Part shown: positions 1-8,423 of the stretch, one piece after another
Position numbering within the stretch: position 1 is the stretch's first letter
How the letters are laid out: each line of letters begins with the position of its first letter
DNA from: Candidatus Spongiisociaceae bacterium
GTDB taxonomy: Bacteria > Actinomycetota > Acidimicrobiia > Spongiisociales > Spongiisociaceae
DNA: 64,000 nt
Assembly (NCBI GenBank): GCA_965202665.1
Contig: OZ241841.1
Span: 1,996,189-2,060,188 of the forward strand
Direction of reading: 5' to 3'
The notes under the pieces: generated by a model
Told to the model about the DNA's origin: nothing
The model's database searches: none
What the model saw: the letters and a program-made list of their open reading frames with translations, nothing else
Made by a program: the position numbers and the translations under genes

Positions 1-894
1 GCTGATTTGGAGTTGGGTCCCAGCTTGGCGTATCTGGCCATGGCTGAGGGTGACGCCGACTTCTGGGTGAACAGCTGGTATCCGATTCACAACAGTTGGT
101 TGGCCAACGAGTTGCCGGACGGCTCCTTAGTGGGCGATCATCTTACGGTGGTGGGCGAGGAGATGCCCGCGGGCGGTTTGCAGGGTTTCCTGATCACGAA
201 GAGCTTCGCCGAGGAATACGGGATAACGACGCTTGATGATCTGAACGGCAATCCGGATGCGATCGCCGCGTACGACGCCCAGGATGCCACGCCGGGCAAC
301 GGGGTGGCGGAGATTTACGGTTGTCCGGAGTCGTGGACCTGCGATGACATCATTGAAAGCCAGATCGCGTTTTCGGGCTGGGATAACATCGGCCAGGTGT
401 TGGCCGGGTACGACGCCATGTTCGCGGAGGCGTCGGCGAAGGCCAGCGAGGGGGCTCCGATGGTGGCCTACACTTGGACGCCGAGTTCCTACATCACCCA
501 GTTGCGGCCGGGGGACAACGTAGTGTGGGTGGGGGTGGAGGATGTGCTCGATGATTCCAACCCGTTGGATCGGGAAGGGGGCGAGGAATGGGATCAGCGG
601 CCGGGTACGGCGACTCTGAGTTCGGAGTCCTGCCCGGATGCGGTAGAGCGCGGCACCTGCCAGTTGGGGTGGCTGGCGGCGGACATTTTGGTGACCGCCC
701 GCAACGACCTGTTGGAAAACCATCCGGCGGCGGCCAAGCTGCTGGAGCTGGTCGAGCTGAACGTGGTGGACGTGTCGTTGCAGGTGGTGGCTCAGGACGG
801 CGGAGAAACTCCGAAGGATCTGGCTACGCAGTGGATCGCCAACAACCAGAGCAAGGTTGACTCCTGGTTGGCGGTGGCCCGCGCCTCCGCCTGA
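1..894 (+). CDS. glycine betaine-type ABC transporter substrate-binding protein (ProX/OpuAC family), 5' end cut by window edge
   Basis: ORF 7..894 stays open to nt 1 in the same frame. The translation (DADFWVNSWYPIHNSW, GFLITKSFAEEYGITTLDDL, YTWTPSSY) is typical of betaine-binding periplasmic proteins. A hairpin follows the stop. Confidence 0.8.
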   Translation, partial: ADLELGPSLAYLAMAEGDADFWVNSWYPIHNSWLANELPDGSLVGDHLTVVGEEMPAGGLQGFLITKSFAEEYGITTLDDLNGNPDAIAAYDAQDATPGNGVAEIYGCPESWTCDDIIESQIAFSGWDNIGQVLAGYDAMFAEASAKASEGAPMVAYTWTPSSYITQLRPGDNVVWVGVEDVLDDSNPLDREGGEEWDQRPGTATLSSESCPDAVERGTCQLGWLAADILVTARNDLLENHPAAAKLLELVELNVVDVSLQVVAQDGGETPKDLATQWIANNQSKVDSWLAVARASA

Positions 895-915
895 CGCTGG
901 TTCCTCCGTTTTAAC

Positions 916-950
916 GGAAAGGGCGCCCCGCAAGCGGGGCGCCCTTCCTT
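916..950 (+). terminator. GC-rich hairpin downstream of the betaine-binding protein gene
   Basis: GGAAAGGGCGCCCCG-CAAG-CGGGGCGCCCTTCC forms a long perfect stem about 20 nt after the stop and is followed by TT. The U-tract is weak, as is often seen for terminators in high-GC actinobacteria. Confidence 0.5.
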
Positions 951-1178
951 ATGGATTCGCCGACCATCGTGACCATAATCCAGGTGGCCGGCGAGCCCGC
1001 GCGGCGGTTCGCGGAACTCGAAGGGAACCCAGTTCCCGGCGGAACTGGGGGAGTCCGCAGAACCTGCGCTGGCACCCCCAAACATACCATGCCGGTGGGA
1101 ATATTGTCAAATGCCCGTAAGGCGGATGCGGGTTTATCCGACAAGGCGGCGAACGAAGCGCCGTCCTGTGGAAGTCCT

Positions 1179-1251
1179 TAAAAAGACCCGGCCCCAACAG
1201 GGCCGGGTGGTCAAGTGTTTCAAGGGCCTAACGGCCTTGAAACGTAGCGCT
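1179..1251 (-). ncRNA. candidate ~70-nt small RNA, copy 1 (hairpin plus intrinsic terminator)
   Basis: The minus strand carries the promoter at 1258..1287. Next comes the hairpin GUUUCAAGGCC-GUUA-GGCCCUUGAAAC (1217..1243). Then the terminator ACCCGGCCC-UGUU-GGGGCCGGGU (1186..1208) is followed by CUUUUUAAGG. There is no ATG in the transcript. Confidence 0.5.
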
Positions 1252-1257
1252 AGCGTC

Positions 1258-1287
1258 ATTATACACATTTGTCTTTCGGGTTGTCAA
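1258..1287 (-). promoter_or_regulatory. sigma70/SigA-like promoter of small RNA copy 1
   Basis: On the minus strand: TTGACA (1282..1287), an 18-nt spacer, then TATAAT (1258..1263). Both hexamers match consensus. Confidence 0.55.
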
Positions 1288-1295
1288 GCCGTCCG

Positions 1296-1395
1296 CCGAA
1301 TTTCTTCATCATCTCCTGGGCCGGTGGATCGACACTGTTGCCTCGGGGTAGCTGGCGGGGCCATGCTCGTTCCGTATGACCACCGGCCACTGGGG
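1296..1395 (-). pseudogene. remnant of a second NYN-domain gene (3' end only)
   Basis: This stretch aligns to the 3' end and an internal piece of the intact NYN gene at 1975..2712. It has no start codon, carries an internal deletion and abuts the IS481 fragment. Confidence 0.4.
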
Positions 1396-1397
1396 CG

Positions 1398-1724
1398 CTA
1401 GGCGTACTTGGCCAGGACGTTGGTGACGGTTTGGTTGTTGCATAAGTGAGGACGATCAGCCGCATCCTCCGCCGCCACGGGATGTTGCGTCTGTGGGAAT
1501 GCGACCCGCTGACCGGCGAACCGCTCAAAATCTCTCCCGGGCCGGTGGTGCGGTATGAACGTGAACGGCTTGGTGAGTTGCTGCATATGGATGTTAAGAA
1601 GCTTTCTTCCATACCGCCCGGCGGTGGATGGAAGACCCACGGCCGGGGCAACGCCCCCGCCGGAGGGGCGGGGTGGACTTTTGTGCACTCTGTCGGAGGA
1701 ACACTACCAACCAGCAGACTGTAA
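1398..1724 (+). mobile_element. IS481-family transposase gene fragment (degenerate, no intact ORF or ends seen)
   Basis: ORF 1446..1724 translates to ISRILRRHGMLRL..DPLTGE..RYERERLGELLHMDVKKL..IPPGGGWKTHGR..FVHS. This matches the HTH-to-integrase-core junction of IS481 transposases. It breaks off before the catalytic core and lacks the N-terminus. Confidence 0.7.
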
Positions 1725-1846
1725 CCAACCTACCGGCCATGTACATCTAGGAACAAAGACCTCCCACTGGTCTCTGGCGGCAATCAACCTGTTTCGCGGA
1801 GGCGGGTTTGCGCGGCGGGGCGACGCGCGGTCTTTTGAGAGCGGTT

Positions 1847-1918
1847 AAGAAGACCCGGCCCTAACAGGGCCGGGTGAGTAACTGTTTCAAGGACCTAACG
1901 GCCTTGAAACGTAGCGCT
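1847..1918 (-). ncRNA. candidate ~70-nt small RNA, copy 2
   Basis: Same architecture as copy 1. The only hairpin-1 difference (C to U) falls at the bulge position. The terminator stem CCCGGCCC/GGGCCGGG is kept, and the U-tract is weaker (UCUUCUUAA). Confidence 0.5.
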
Positions 1919-1924
1919 GGCGTC

Positions 1925-1954
1925 ATTATACATATTTGTCTTTCGGGTTGTCAA
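1925..1954 (-). promoter_or_regulatory. sigma70/SigA-like promoter of small RNA copy 2
   Basis: On the minus strand: TTGACA (1949..1954), an 18-nt spacer, then TATAAT (1925..1930). It starts 21 nt after the NYN gene stop codon (1975..1977). Confidence 0.55.
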
Positions 1955-1974
1955 GTCGTCTGCCGATTTTTTCT

Positions 1975-2712
1975 TCACCATCCCCGGGGTCGGTGGACGG
2001 ACCCCACTGCCTCGGGTAGTTGGCAAGATGTGAAATCCGCTTTTGACAGTTGGTACCACCAATGTCCGCCCCTGCCATCCGTCGGCTTGCCCCGCAGATC
2101 CCCGGCTCTTGGAGAGGGGCTGGGGTTAACGGTGCCGATTGGGGCCCGTAGGCGACATGCTTGGATGGGCAACCGCAGATCGCTGTCGTTGGAGATGACG
2201 ATTGCGGCGTCGACGCGTCCTTTTAGTACATCCAGTAGCAGATGCGAGGCTACGTTCACGTCTGAGCCTTTTTCTTCGATTCGCAGATAGGAGACCATGA
2301 ACCGGGCGTTGGGAACGGCTGCGCCCTGCTCGTTCTGTATAACCACCGGCCACCGGGACGTGACGATCGAAGGACGACCCTCTTGGTCTTTGGTCGCAAG
2401 TAGCCCGTTTCTCACCCTGGTGCTGAAACGGCCTTGTTCCAAGTGGTCGATGGAGCGGTGATCCTGTAACGCTCTAACGTAGGCATCTTGGTCCAGGCGC
2501 CCTTGGCGGTTGTGTTGACCGTCGATGAAGGCGGTGCAGTAGACGATCCGCTCGATTACCGCTCCCTGCTCCGTCCAGTCGCGCCGCCGGTCGATCAATC
2601 GTTGGCTCAGCTGGCGGAGGTCGAGCCATCGCCATTCGGGGATTCCCCGGCCGAACAGGGCCCTGCCCCCGTAGTAGAGGTTGAAGCCGTCAATGTACAC
2701 GCCCACTTTCAT
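1975..2712 (-). CDS. NYN-domain (LabA/PIN-like) putative ribonuclease
   Basis: Only the last 245 codons of track ORF 1975..3549 are coding. The ATG is at 2712..2710, preceded by [22 protein letters not shown]...[14 protein letters not shown]...[12 protein letters not shown] is the NYN/LabA signature. The upstream part of the track ORF is antisense to ppc. Confidence 0.8.
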   Translation of the reverse strand: MKVGVYIDGFNLYYGGRALFGRGIPEWRWLDLRQLSQRLIDRRRDWTEQGAVIERIVYCTAFIDGQHNRQGRLDQDAYVRALQDHRSIDHLEQGRFSTRVRNGLLATKDQEGRPSIVTSRWPVVIQNEQGAAVPNARFMVSYLRIEEKGSDVNVASHLLLDVLKGRVDAAIVISNDSDLRLPIQACRLRAPIGTVNPSPSPRAGDLRGKPTDGRGGHWWYQLSKADFTSCQLPEAVGSVHRPRGW

Positions 2713-2778
2713 GTTTCTCTCCCGGTAGCGGATGCTCGGATGACCCGCCCAATATAACCGGCGGGTAGATTTACGGAT

Positions 2779-5511
2779 ATGGGAACCGAACCAGCGGAAA
2801 TAGGCGGCGGCGCCGAGGCGGGGGCGGACCCGTTGGAGGTGGTGGACGCCGAACTGCGGGCCGACATCCGGCGGTTGGGCCGGCAATTGGGCGACACGCT
2901 GGTCCGCCAGCACGGGGAGGACCTGTTGGAGTCGGTGGAGGCGGTCCGCACCCTTTCCCGGCGGTTGCGCCTCGCCGAATCGGAGGTTTCCCGGGAGCTG
3001 ACCGAACTGCTGGCCGCCGCCGATCCGGAACGGGCCAGCCTGTTGGTGGGGGCCTTTACCGTCTACTTCCATTTGGCCAATGTGACCGAGCAGGTCCATC
3101 GGGTGGAGGATATGAACGCCGAGGGGGACACCTCCGAACGGCGTTTTGCGGAAACCTTGCGCGCCCTGGTGGAGGGCGGGGTTGCGGCGGACGAAGTAGC
3201 GGCCTTGGTTAACCGCACCGCCCTCAAGCCGGTGTTCACCGCCCACCCCACTGAAGCCACACGCCGTTCGGTGTTGGAAAAGTTGGCCGAAATCGCCCAA
3301 GCCACCGCCGCCCGCAATCGCGAGCGGGCCACTCCCTCCGACCGGGCCCGCATCGATCGGCGGATCAACGAACTGTTGGAGGCCGTGTGGCAGACCGACG
3401 AGATTCGCGCCCGCCGCCCCGATCCGATCGACGAGGCCCGGTTTGTCCGTTACTACTTGGATCAGACCATCCGCGAGGCGATGCCCGCCTTGCTGGATTC
3501 CATCGCGGCCGGGATGGGGGCCATCGGAGGGGAGCTGGCCCCCGCCCACTCCCCAATTAGGTTCGGGTCATGGGTGGGCGGCGACCGGGACGGAAATCCC
3601 AATGTGACCCCGGAGATGACCGAAGCGGTGTTGCTCCAGCAACGCCGGGAATCACTGGAAATCCTCCAAGACCAGGTGCGGGAGTTGGCAAGTCAGATGA
3701 GCGTCGGTTCGCAAGTGGCGGGGGCGCCCGCCGAGATGCGCCAGTTCATCGCCCGCCACCAATCCGACTTCGCCGAAGAGTTGGCTGCCGGGGATCCGGA
3801 TCAGCCCTACCGCCTGGCCTGCTCCGTCATCTTCCAGCGGTTGCGGGAGGCCCGGGACGGGGGTCGGCGCGGCTACCGCAGTCCGGGGGAGATGCAGGCC
3901 GATTTGGCTGCGCTGGATGCGTCGTTGCGGGCCAACAAAGGTGAGTTGCTGGCCGAGGGACGGTTGGCCCGGTTGCGGCGGACGGTGGATATGATCGGGT
4001 TCCACTTGGCCGCCTTGGACATCCGCCAGCACACCGACAGCCACCACGATGCGGTGGCCGCCCTCGCCGCCCCCCTCGGCGTTGATTACGCCGCCGCCGA
4101 CCGCGCCGCCCGTATCGCTTACCTGTCCAAGGAGTTGGACAGCCCCCGCCCGCTGGCCCCGCCCGGCCGGGAAGACGTTCCGGAGGCCCTGGCCCTGTTT
4201 GAAACGTTGCGCCGATGCCTGGATGAGTTGGGCGATGAGGTGGTGGACTCCTACATTATTTCCATGACCGCCGGCCCGGACGATGTGCTGGCCGCGGTGG
4301 TTCTGGCCCGGGAGGTGGGGTTGGTGGACTTGGACCAGGGCGTTGCCCGGCTGGACTTCGTTCCCCTGTTTGAAACCATCGACGACCTGCGTTCCCTGGG
4401 CGAAACCCTTACCGCCCTGTTTGCCATTCCCGCCTACCGGAGGCTGGTGGAGGCGCGGGGCGGGGTGCAGGAGGTGATGGTCGGCTACTCCGACTCCAAC
4501 AAAGACGGCGGAATAACCACTTCGCAATGGGAGATTTACAAGGCGTTGCAGGCGATTCGGGATGTTTCCGAAGCGACCGGGGTGCGGGTGGAGGTGTTTC
4601 ACGGCCGGGGCGGTTCCATCGGCAGGGGGGGCGGTCCCACCCACGCCGCCATTCTCAGCCAGCCGGACGGGGTGTTGGACGGGGTGGTCAAATTCACCGA
4701 ACAAGGCGAGGTGATCGCCGACAAATACGGGTTGCCGGAGCTGGCCGTTCAGAACCTGGATTTGGCCCTGTCGGCTTTGGTGGAGGCCTCGGCGGGCGGC
4801 TCCGCTCCTCCGGCCGACCCGGCGGACGCCGGCCGCTGGAGCCAAATAATGGACCTGATGTCGGAGGCCGCCTATCGGGCCTACCGCGACTTCGCGCAGA
4901 CCCCCGGAATGGTGGAATATTTCGTTTCTTCCACTCCGGTGGAGGAGTTGGCCAGTCTGAACATCGGCTCCCGTCCCGCCCGCCGGGTGGAAGGCGGGGG
5001 GGATGTGGCCGACCTGCGGGCCATCCCCTGGGTGTTCGGTTGGACCCAGTCCCGCCAGATCATCCCCGGTTGGTTCGGGGTGGGGGCCGGGTTGGAGGCG
5101 GTGCGGGAAGCCGGATACGGGGAGGAGGCCTCCCGGATGTACCGGGAGTGGCCTTTTTTCCGGATGTTCGTTTCCAATGTGGAGATGACCTTGGTCAAAA
5201 CCGATCTGGGGATCGCCCGCCATTACGTAAACAACCTGACCCCCCCCGAACACCGGGGCTTGCTGGAGGTGATCTCCGCCGAGCATCGTCGCACCGTTTC
5301 CGGTTTGACGGCGGTGACCGGAGCGGAATTGTTGGCCGACCGCCCCCTCCTGCGGCGCACTTTGACCGTGCGGGACGCCTACCTGGATCCCCTGAACGTG
5401 CTTCAGGTGGAGTTGCTGTCGCGCACCCGGGCGGGCGAAGCCGACAAACACCAGCGGGCCCTGTCGCTGACCATCAACGGCATCGCCGCCGGAATGCGCA
5501 ACACCGGCTGA
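2779..5511 (+). CDS. ppc: phosphoenolpyruvate carboxylase
   Basis: The 910-aa translation has hallmark Ppc motifs ([33 protein letters not shown]-terminal [11 protein letters not shown]). Confidence 0.95.
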   Translation: MGTEPAEIGGGAEAGADPLEVVDAELRADIRRLGRQLGDTLVRQHGEDLLESVEAVRTLSRRLRLAESEVSRELTELLAAADPERASLLVGAFTVYFHLANVTEQVHRVEDMNAEGDTSERRFAETLRALVEGGVAADEVAALVNRTALKPVFTAHPTEATRRSVLEKLAEIAQATAARNRERATPSDRARIDRRINELLEAVWQTDEIRARRPDPIDEARFVRYYLDQTIREAMPALLDSIAAGMGAIGGELAPAHSPIRFGSWVGGDRDGNPNVTPEMTEAVLLQQRRESLEILQDQVRELASQMSVGSQVAGAPAEMRQFIARHQSDFAEELAAGDPDQPYRLACSVIFQRLREARDGGRRGYRSPGEMQADLAALDASLRANKGELLAEGRLARLRRTVDMIGFHLAALDIRQHTDSHHDAVAALAAPLGVDYAAADRAARIAYLSKELDSPRPLAPPGREDVPEALALFETLRRCLDELGDEVVDSYIISMTAGPDDVLAAVVLAREVGLVDLDQGVARLDFVPLFETIDDLRSLGETLTALFAIPAYRRLVEARGGVQEVMVGYSDSNKDGGITTSQWEIYKALQAIRDVSEATGVRVEVFHGRGGSIGRGGGPTHAAILSQPDGVLDGVVKFTEQGEVIADKYGLPELAVQNLDLALSALVEASAGGSAPPADPADAGRWSQIMDLMSEAAYRAYRDFAQTPGMVEYFVSSTPVEELASLNIGSRPARRVEGGGDVADLRAIPWVFGWTQSRQIIPGWFGVGAGLEAVREAGYGEEASRMYREWPFFRMFVSNVEMTLVKTDLGIARHYVNNLTPPEHRGLLEVISAEHRRTVSGLTAVTGAELLADRPLLRRTLTVRDAYLDPLNVLQVELLSRTRAGEADKHQRALSLTINGIAAGMRNTG

Positions 5512-5531
5512 CCCGCGCCGGTCAGGTTTTA
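5508..5531 (+). terminator. hairpin terminator at the ppc stop, between convergent genes
   Basis: CTGACC-CGCGCC-GGTCAG is followed by GTTTTAAAG. It overlaps the ppc stop and the stop of the convergent gene. Confidence 0.45.
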
Positions 5532-7056
5532 AAGTAAACCGCCGTCCGCCGGGACCCTTCCATCCGCAGTCGGCCTTGGTCCCGTAACCGCCGTAGCAGG
5601 TGGGTGGCTCTGGTGGGGTCAATCAGGCACAATTCGGCTACTTCGCTCCGAGTTATGGAGCCGTTGGCCTCCACATAGTTCATCACCAGCCGTTCCCGTC
5701 TGGCCCACCTGCTGGCCCGCTGGTTTAAGCCAGTCCCAGATTCAACTGGATGGATTTGGGGCAACGGCGCTGTTGGGCCTTGGAACTGGTATTCATTTCT
5801 GGCCTCGTAAAATTCCATCAGATCCGACAGGGGAAACCGTTGGCCGTTGCGGCTCCCCTCCCTAAGTTGCCGGACCATTTGCTTGTCGGCCAATCCGGGG
5901 GCGACGCGGGCTACAACCTGGCGTGGGTCGCTACCGCCGTAATCGGGCGGCGGGCGCCCCAGCAACAGCTGTCCCTCAAAAATACGAGCGATGCCCCGTC
6001 CGGTGCGTTCCACCAGGCCGGCCCCTTTGAAAGCATCGACCAGCCGGGGATTGCGCGCCCGGGGAGGAGCGATTATTAGATTGGCGAGGGTTATCCCCTC
6101 CGGAAAGCCGCCGGGGTTGGAGACCGTTAGCGCGCCGTCGCTGATCTGCACCAGCGTCATTCCCTGATCCGCGTAGTCGCGATGGATGAGGGCGTTGGCG
6201 ATCAGTTCGCGGATGGTTACTTCGGCGAAATGAGGCAAACCGATGCGCTGGGAATCGAGATCCATTTCTTCTTCGGAGTTGCGGGCCCGCACCCGGTCGG
6301 ATATTTCCGCCATTGCCTTGAGCAACGGGATGCGCCGTATCTCATTGACCCGTACCTGCAGATGATCCAGCTCTTGAAAGCCGACTTCGTAGGCGGGCAG
6401 ATGTTTGGCGATGGCCTTTTCTTTGCCGAATAACAACAAAGCCCCTACCGTGATGTTTTCCTCCGAGTCGGTGAGGTTCAGGGCTTGCAGAAGGTCATGG
6501 TCGGAGAGACTGGTTAGGGTTTTGTCGCCGTCTGATTCCGCCATCTCCCGGAAACGGGAAAATTCGGCATCGGAAAGATCGCTCTTGGTCGCCGCAGATA
6601 AAGTTACGCTGGAAAAATCCAGCACGCCGATGCTGCCCGCTCGCCCCACCACTTATGGGGCCGCATAGGAAGACACTCCGGTTGCCCGTGTATGTCCAGC
6701 GTTCGGCGTAGGAACTTGCCGGACTTGGTGGAAACAACATCCTGTCCAACCGGGACCTTAACGGCGATCACTTCCTTGCCGTTGATGGGTACCACCTGTA
6801 CGGCGGCATCTACCGCTGGTTCGGTGCGGCTGGCGATCAACGCTTGCAGTCGCTCTGGATCTGTGTGCCTGCCGTGACGAGGTTCAGCTCCGGTGATATT
6901 TCCTTGGTCGTCAACCCCGACCAGAAGCCAGCCTCCGCGTCCGTTGGCTAAACAGACCACCGATTCCACTAGATCCTTGTCGTTTGCGCGACTTTTGAAC
7001 TCGACGTTGAGCGTCTCGCCTTCGGAAACCAGGCCCTGGAGAGTTGTAGTGTCCAT
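5522..7056 (-). pseudogene. AlbA_2 (Schlafen-like) + HATPase_c_4 + C-terminal wHTH putative regulator (RecG-like family), interrupted by a frameshift near 6640..6655
   Basis: Track ORFs 6604..7056 (AlbA_2 N-domain: ETLNVEFKS...VVCLANGRGGWLLVGVDD) and 5522..6652 (ATPase-like plus wHTH) overlap by about 50 nt in different frames. The total span is not a multiple of 3. A join of ...PMRPH|VVGRAGSIGVLDF restores a typical family member. Confidence 0.7.
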
Positions 7057-7062
7057 ATGGCT

Positions 7063-7071
7063 ATTATACCA
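7063..7071 (-). promoter_or_regulatory. extended -10 promoter giving a probably leaderless mRNA for the AlbA_2 gene
   Basis: The minus strand reads gTGgTATAATagccatATG. A perfect TATAAT with a TGn extension lies 6 nt from the ATG at 7056. No SD is present. Confidence 0.4.
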
Positions 7072-7076
7072 CTTTA

Positions 7077-7298
7077 GGCCAGGTTTTGCGTTTCGGGTTT
7101 GTAAGGGGTGTTGTTAAAGTTTGTATAGCTCTGGTTTTTTTGCGCATTTTTTGGGTTTGCGCTTATAATTTTTGTAAAATGAGGGAACTTTTTTGTTAAA
7201 GTTTGTAAAGGCCCCTGATTTTACGTCATTTTAGAGGCCAGTTTTGCGTAAAATTTTCTGGGGTGCCAAAAACAGGGGATTTTTTACGCGGATGGGTT
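7077..7298 (+). repeat. AT-rich intergenic region with about three degenerate ~80-bp direct repeats
   Basis: GGCCAG(G)TTTTGCG occurs at 7077 and 7236, with a variant GGGTTTGCGC at about 7153. TTGTTAAAGTTTGTA occurs at 7111 and 7193. The region is strikingly AT-rich compared with flanking DNA. Confidence 0.55.
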
Positions 7299-8423
7299 TT
7301 AAAATTTTACGGGGGTGATGAAAGGGAGGGGGTGGGCGACGGCGGTGCGGGGGAGGCCGTCCGCCTCGGTTTGCAGTCGGGTTTCGGGTTGGGCGCAGGG
7401 GCTTTCCACGAACACGTAGCCCAGGTTGGTCTCGAAGCGGGGGGAGTAGCAGGCCGACGTCAACACCCCCACCGTCCGTCCTCCGGCGGTTACCGGGCGG
7501 TGTTCGGGGAAGGCCGTTATAGGCGGGCCGTCGATGTAGGCGCCGGTCAGCAGGCGATGGGGCGGGCGCTCCGCCAACTCCTCCAAGGCGGCCCGTCCCA
7601 CGAAGTCCGTCCCGGGCGGGAACTCAACCAGCCTCCCGAACCCCAACTCGTAAGGGTTCACCGAATCGTTCATGTCGGTTCCGTAGGAAAGAATGCCCCC
7701 CTCCATGCGGCGAATCTGGTTGGGGGAGCCGGGTTGCGCTCCATAGGGTTCCCCCGCCGCGAACACCCGGTCCCACAGCCGCCCTCCCTCCGCTGCATCG
7801 GTCAGGAAAACCTCGTAGCCGAACTCGCCCGACCAGCCGGTGCGCGACACCAAAAGTTCCATTCCGTCCAGACGGGTCCAGGCCGCCCGGTAGTAGCCCA
7901 GGTTGGCGATGTCCTCCCCGAACAGATCGGTCGCCAAAGCTTTTGATTTGGGTCCCTGGATCTGCAGGGGCGAAACGTCGGGCTCGCGCACTTCCACTGC
8001 AAATCCCCGTTCGGCGGCTATGGCCTGCGCCCACAGCAACACATCCCGGTCGGCCAGCGACAGCCAAAACCGGTCTTCGGCCACTCGCAACAACACCGGA
8101 TCGTTCACCACGCCCCCCCGGTGATTGCACAGAAACGTGTAGCGGGCCCGGGCCACCTCCATCCGGGAAACATCCCGGGTGCACAGGTACTGGGTGAGCG
8201 CCAAGGCGTCCCGCCCGCGGATTTCCACCTGCCGCTGGCATCCCACATCCCAGACGGCCACGTCCTCCACCAAGGCCCGGTATTCCTCCAGCGTCCCGGC
8301 GAATCGGCTGGGCAGAATCATATGGTTGTAGACCGTGGCCCCTTTGGCCCCGGCGGCCAAGGCCCGCTCCAAAAAAGGGGAGGGGCGGAGACGGGGGGTG
8401 CGTTCCAGGGCCAGGTCATCCAT
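7299..8423 (-). CDS. aminomethyltransferase (GcvT) family protein, probable THF-dependent demethylase
   Basis: The 374-aa translation has GcvT-fold features (WDVGCQRQVEIRG, LQIQGPKS, SRTGWSGEFGYEVF, RRMEGGILSYGTDM). Confidence 0.8.
   Translation of the reverse strand: MDDLALERTPRLRPSPFLERALAAGAKGATVYNHMILPSRFAGTLEEYRALVEDVAVWDVGCQRQVEIRGRDALALTQYLCTRDVSRMEVARARYTFLCNHRGGVVNDPVLLRVAEDRFWLSLADRDVLLWAQAIAAERGFAVEVREPDVSPLQIQGPKSKALATDLFGEDIANLGYYRAAWTRLDGMELLVSRTGWSGEFGYEVFLTDAAEGGRLWDRVFAAGEPYGAQPGSPNQIRRMEGGILSYGTDMNDSVNPYELGFGRLVEFPPGTDFVGRAALEELAERPPHRLLTGAYIDGPPITAFPEHRPVTAGGRTVGVLTSACYSPRFETNLGYVFVESPCAQPETRLQTEADGLPRTAVAHPLPFITPVKF

Larger units (their letters stand above)
1178..1395 (-). 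repeat. segmental duplicate (copy 1, internally deleted) of the small-RNA module plus the NYN gene 3' end found at 1845..2358
   Basis: By-eye alignment: 1178..1356 matches 1845..2024 with scattered mismatches, and 1362..1395 matches about 2325..2358. About 290 bp present in copy 2 are missing here. Confidence 0.85.
1845..2358 (-). repeat. segmental duplicate (copy 2, intact) comprising the small-RNA module and the NYN gene 3' part
   Basis: See copy 1 at 1178..1395. This copy is contiguous with the intact NYN gene. Confidence 0.85.

Noticed and set aside
895-1177. tRNA, tmRNA or SRP-like genes in the larger intergenic regions (895-1975, 7057-7298, 24532-24785, 25971-26160, 27263-27570, 36285-36535, 62790-62924, 63766-63861).
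   Set aside because: No T-loop (GGTTCGAATCC-like) or cloverleaf pattern, and no other recognisable RNA signature, was found by eye. tRNAscan or Infernal should confirm this.
1111-2290. Plus-strand ORFs 1111..1401 and 1874..2290 share the peptide CFKGLTALKRSA.VIIHICLSGCQ.
   Set aside because: The shared peptide is just the duplicated DNA module read on the opposite strand. It runs through the promoter, hairpin and terminator elements and has no SD.
3652-5622. Very long antisense or alternative-frame ORFs throughout the track. Examples: 3652..5622-, 14115..16127+, 29680..31908-, 33406..35613-, 50667..52148-, 51986..53437-, 58541..59950+, 61569..62828-, 8423..9703-.
   Set aside because: These are typical shadow ORFs of a high-GC genome. 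They lie opposite or out of frame to genes with unmistakable conserved products, and their translations are low-complexity and rich in R/P/G/H.
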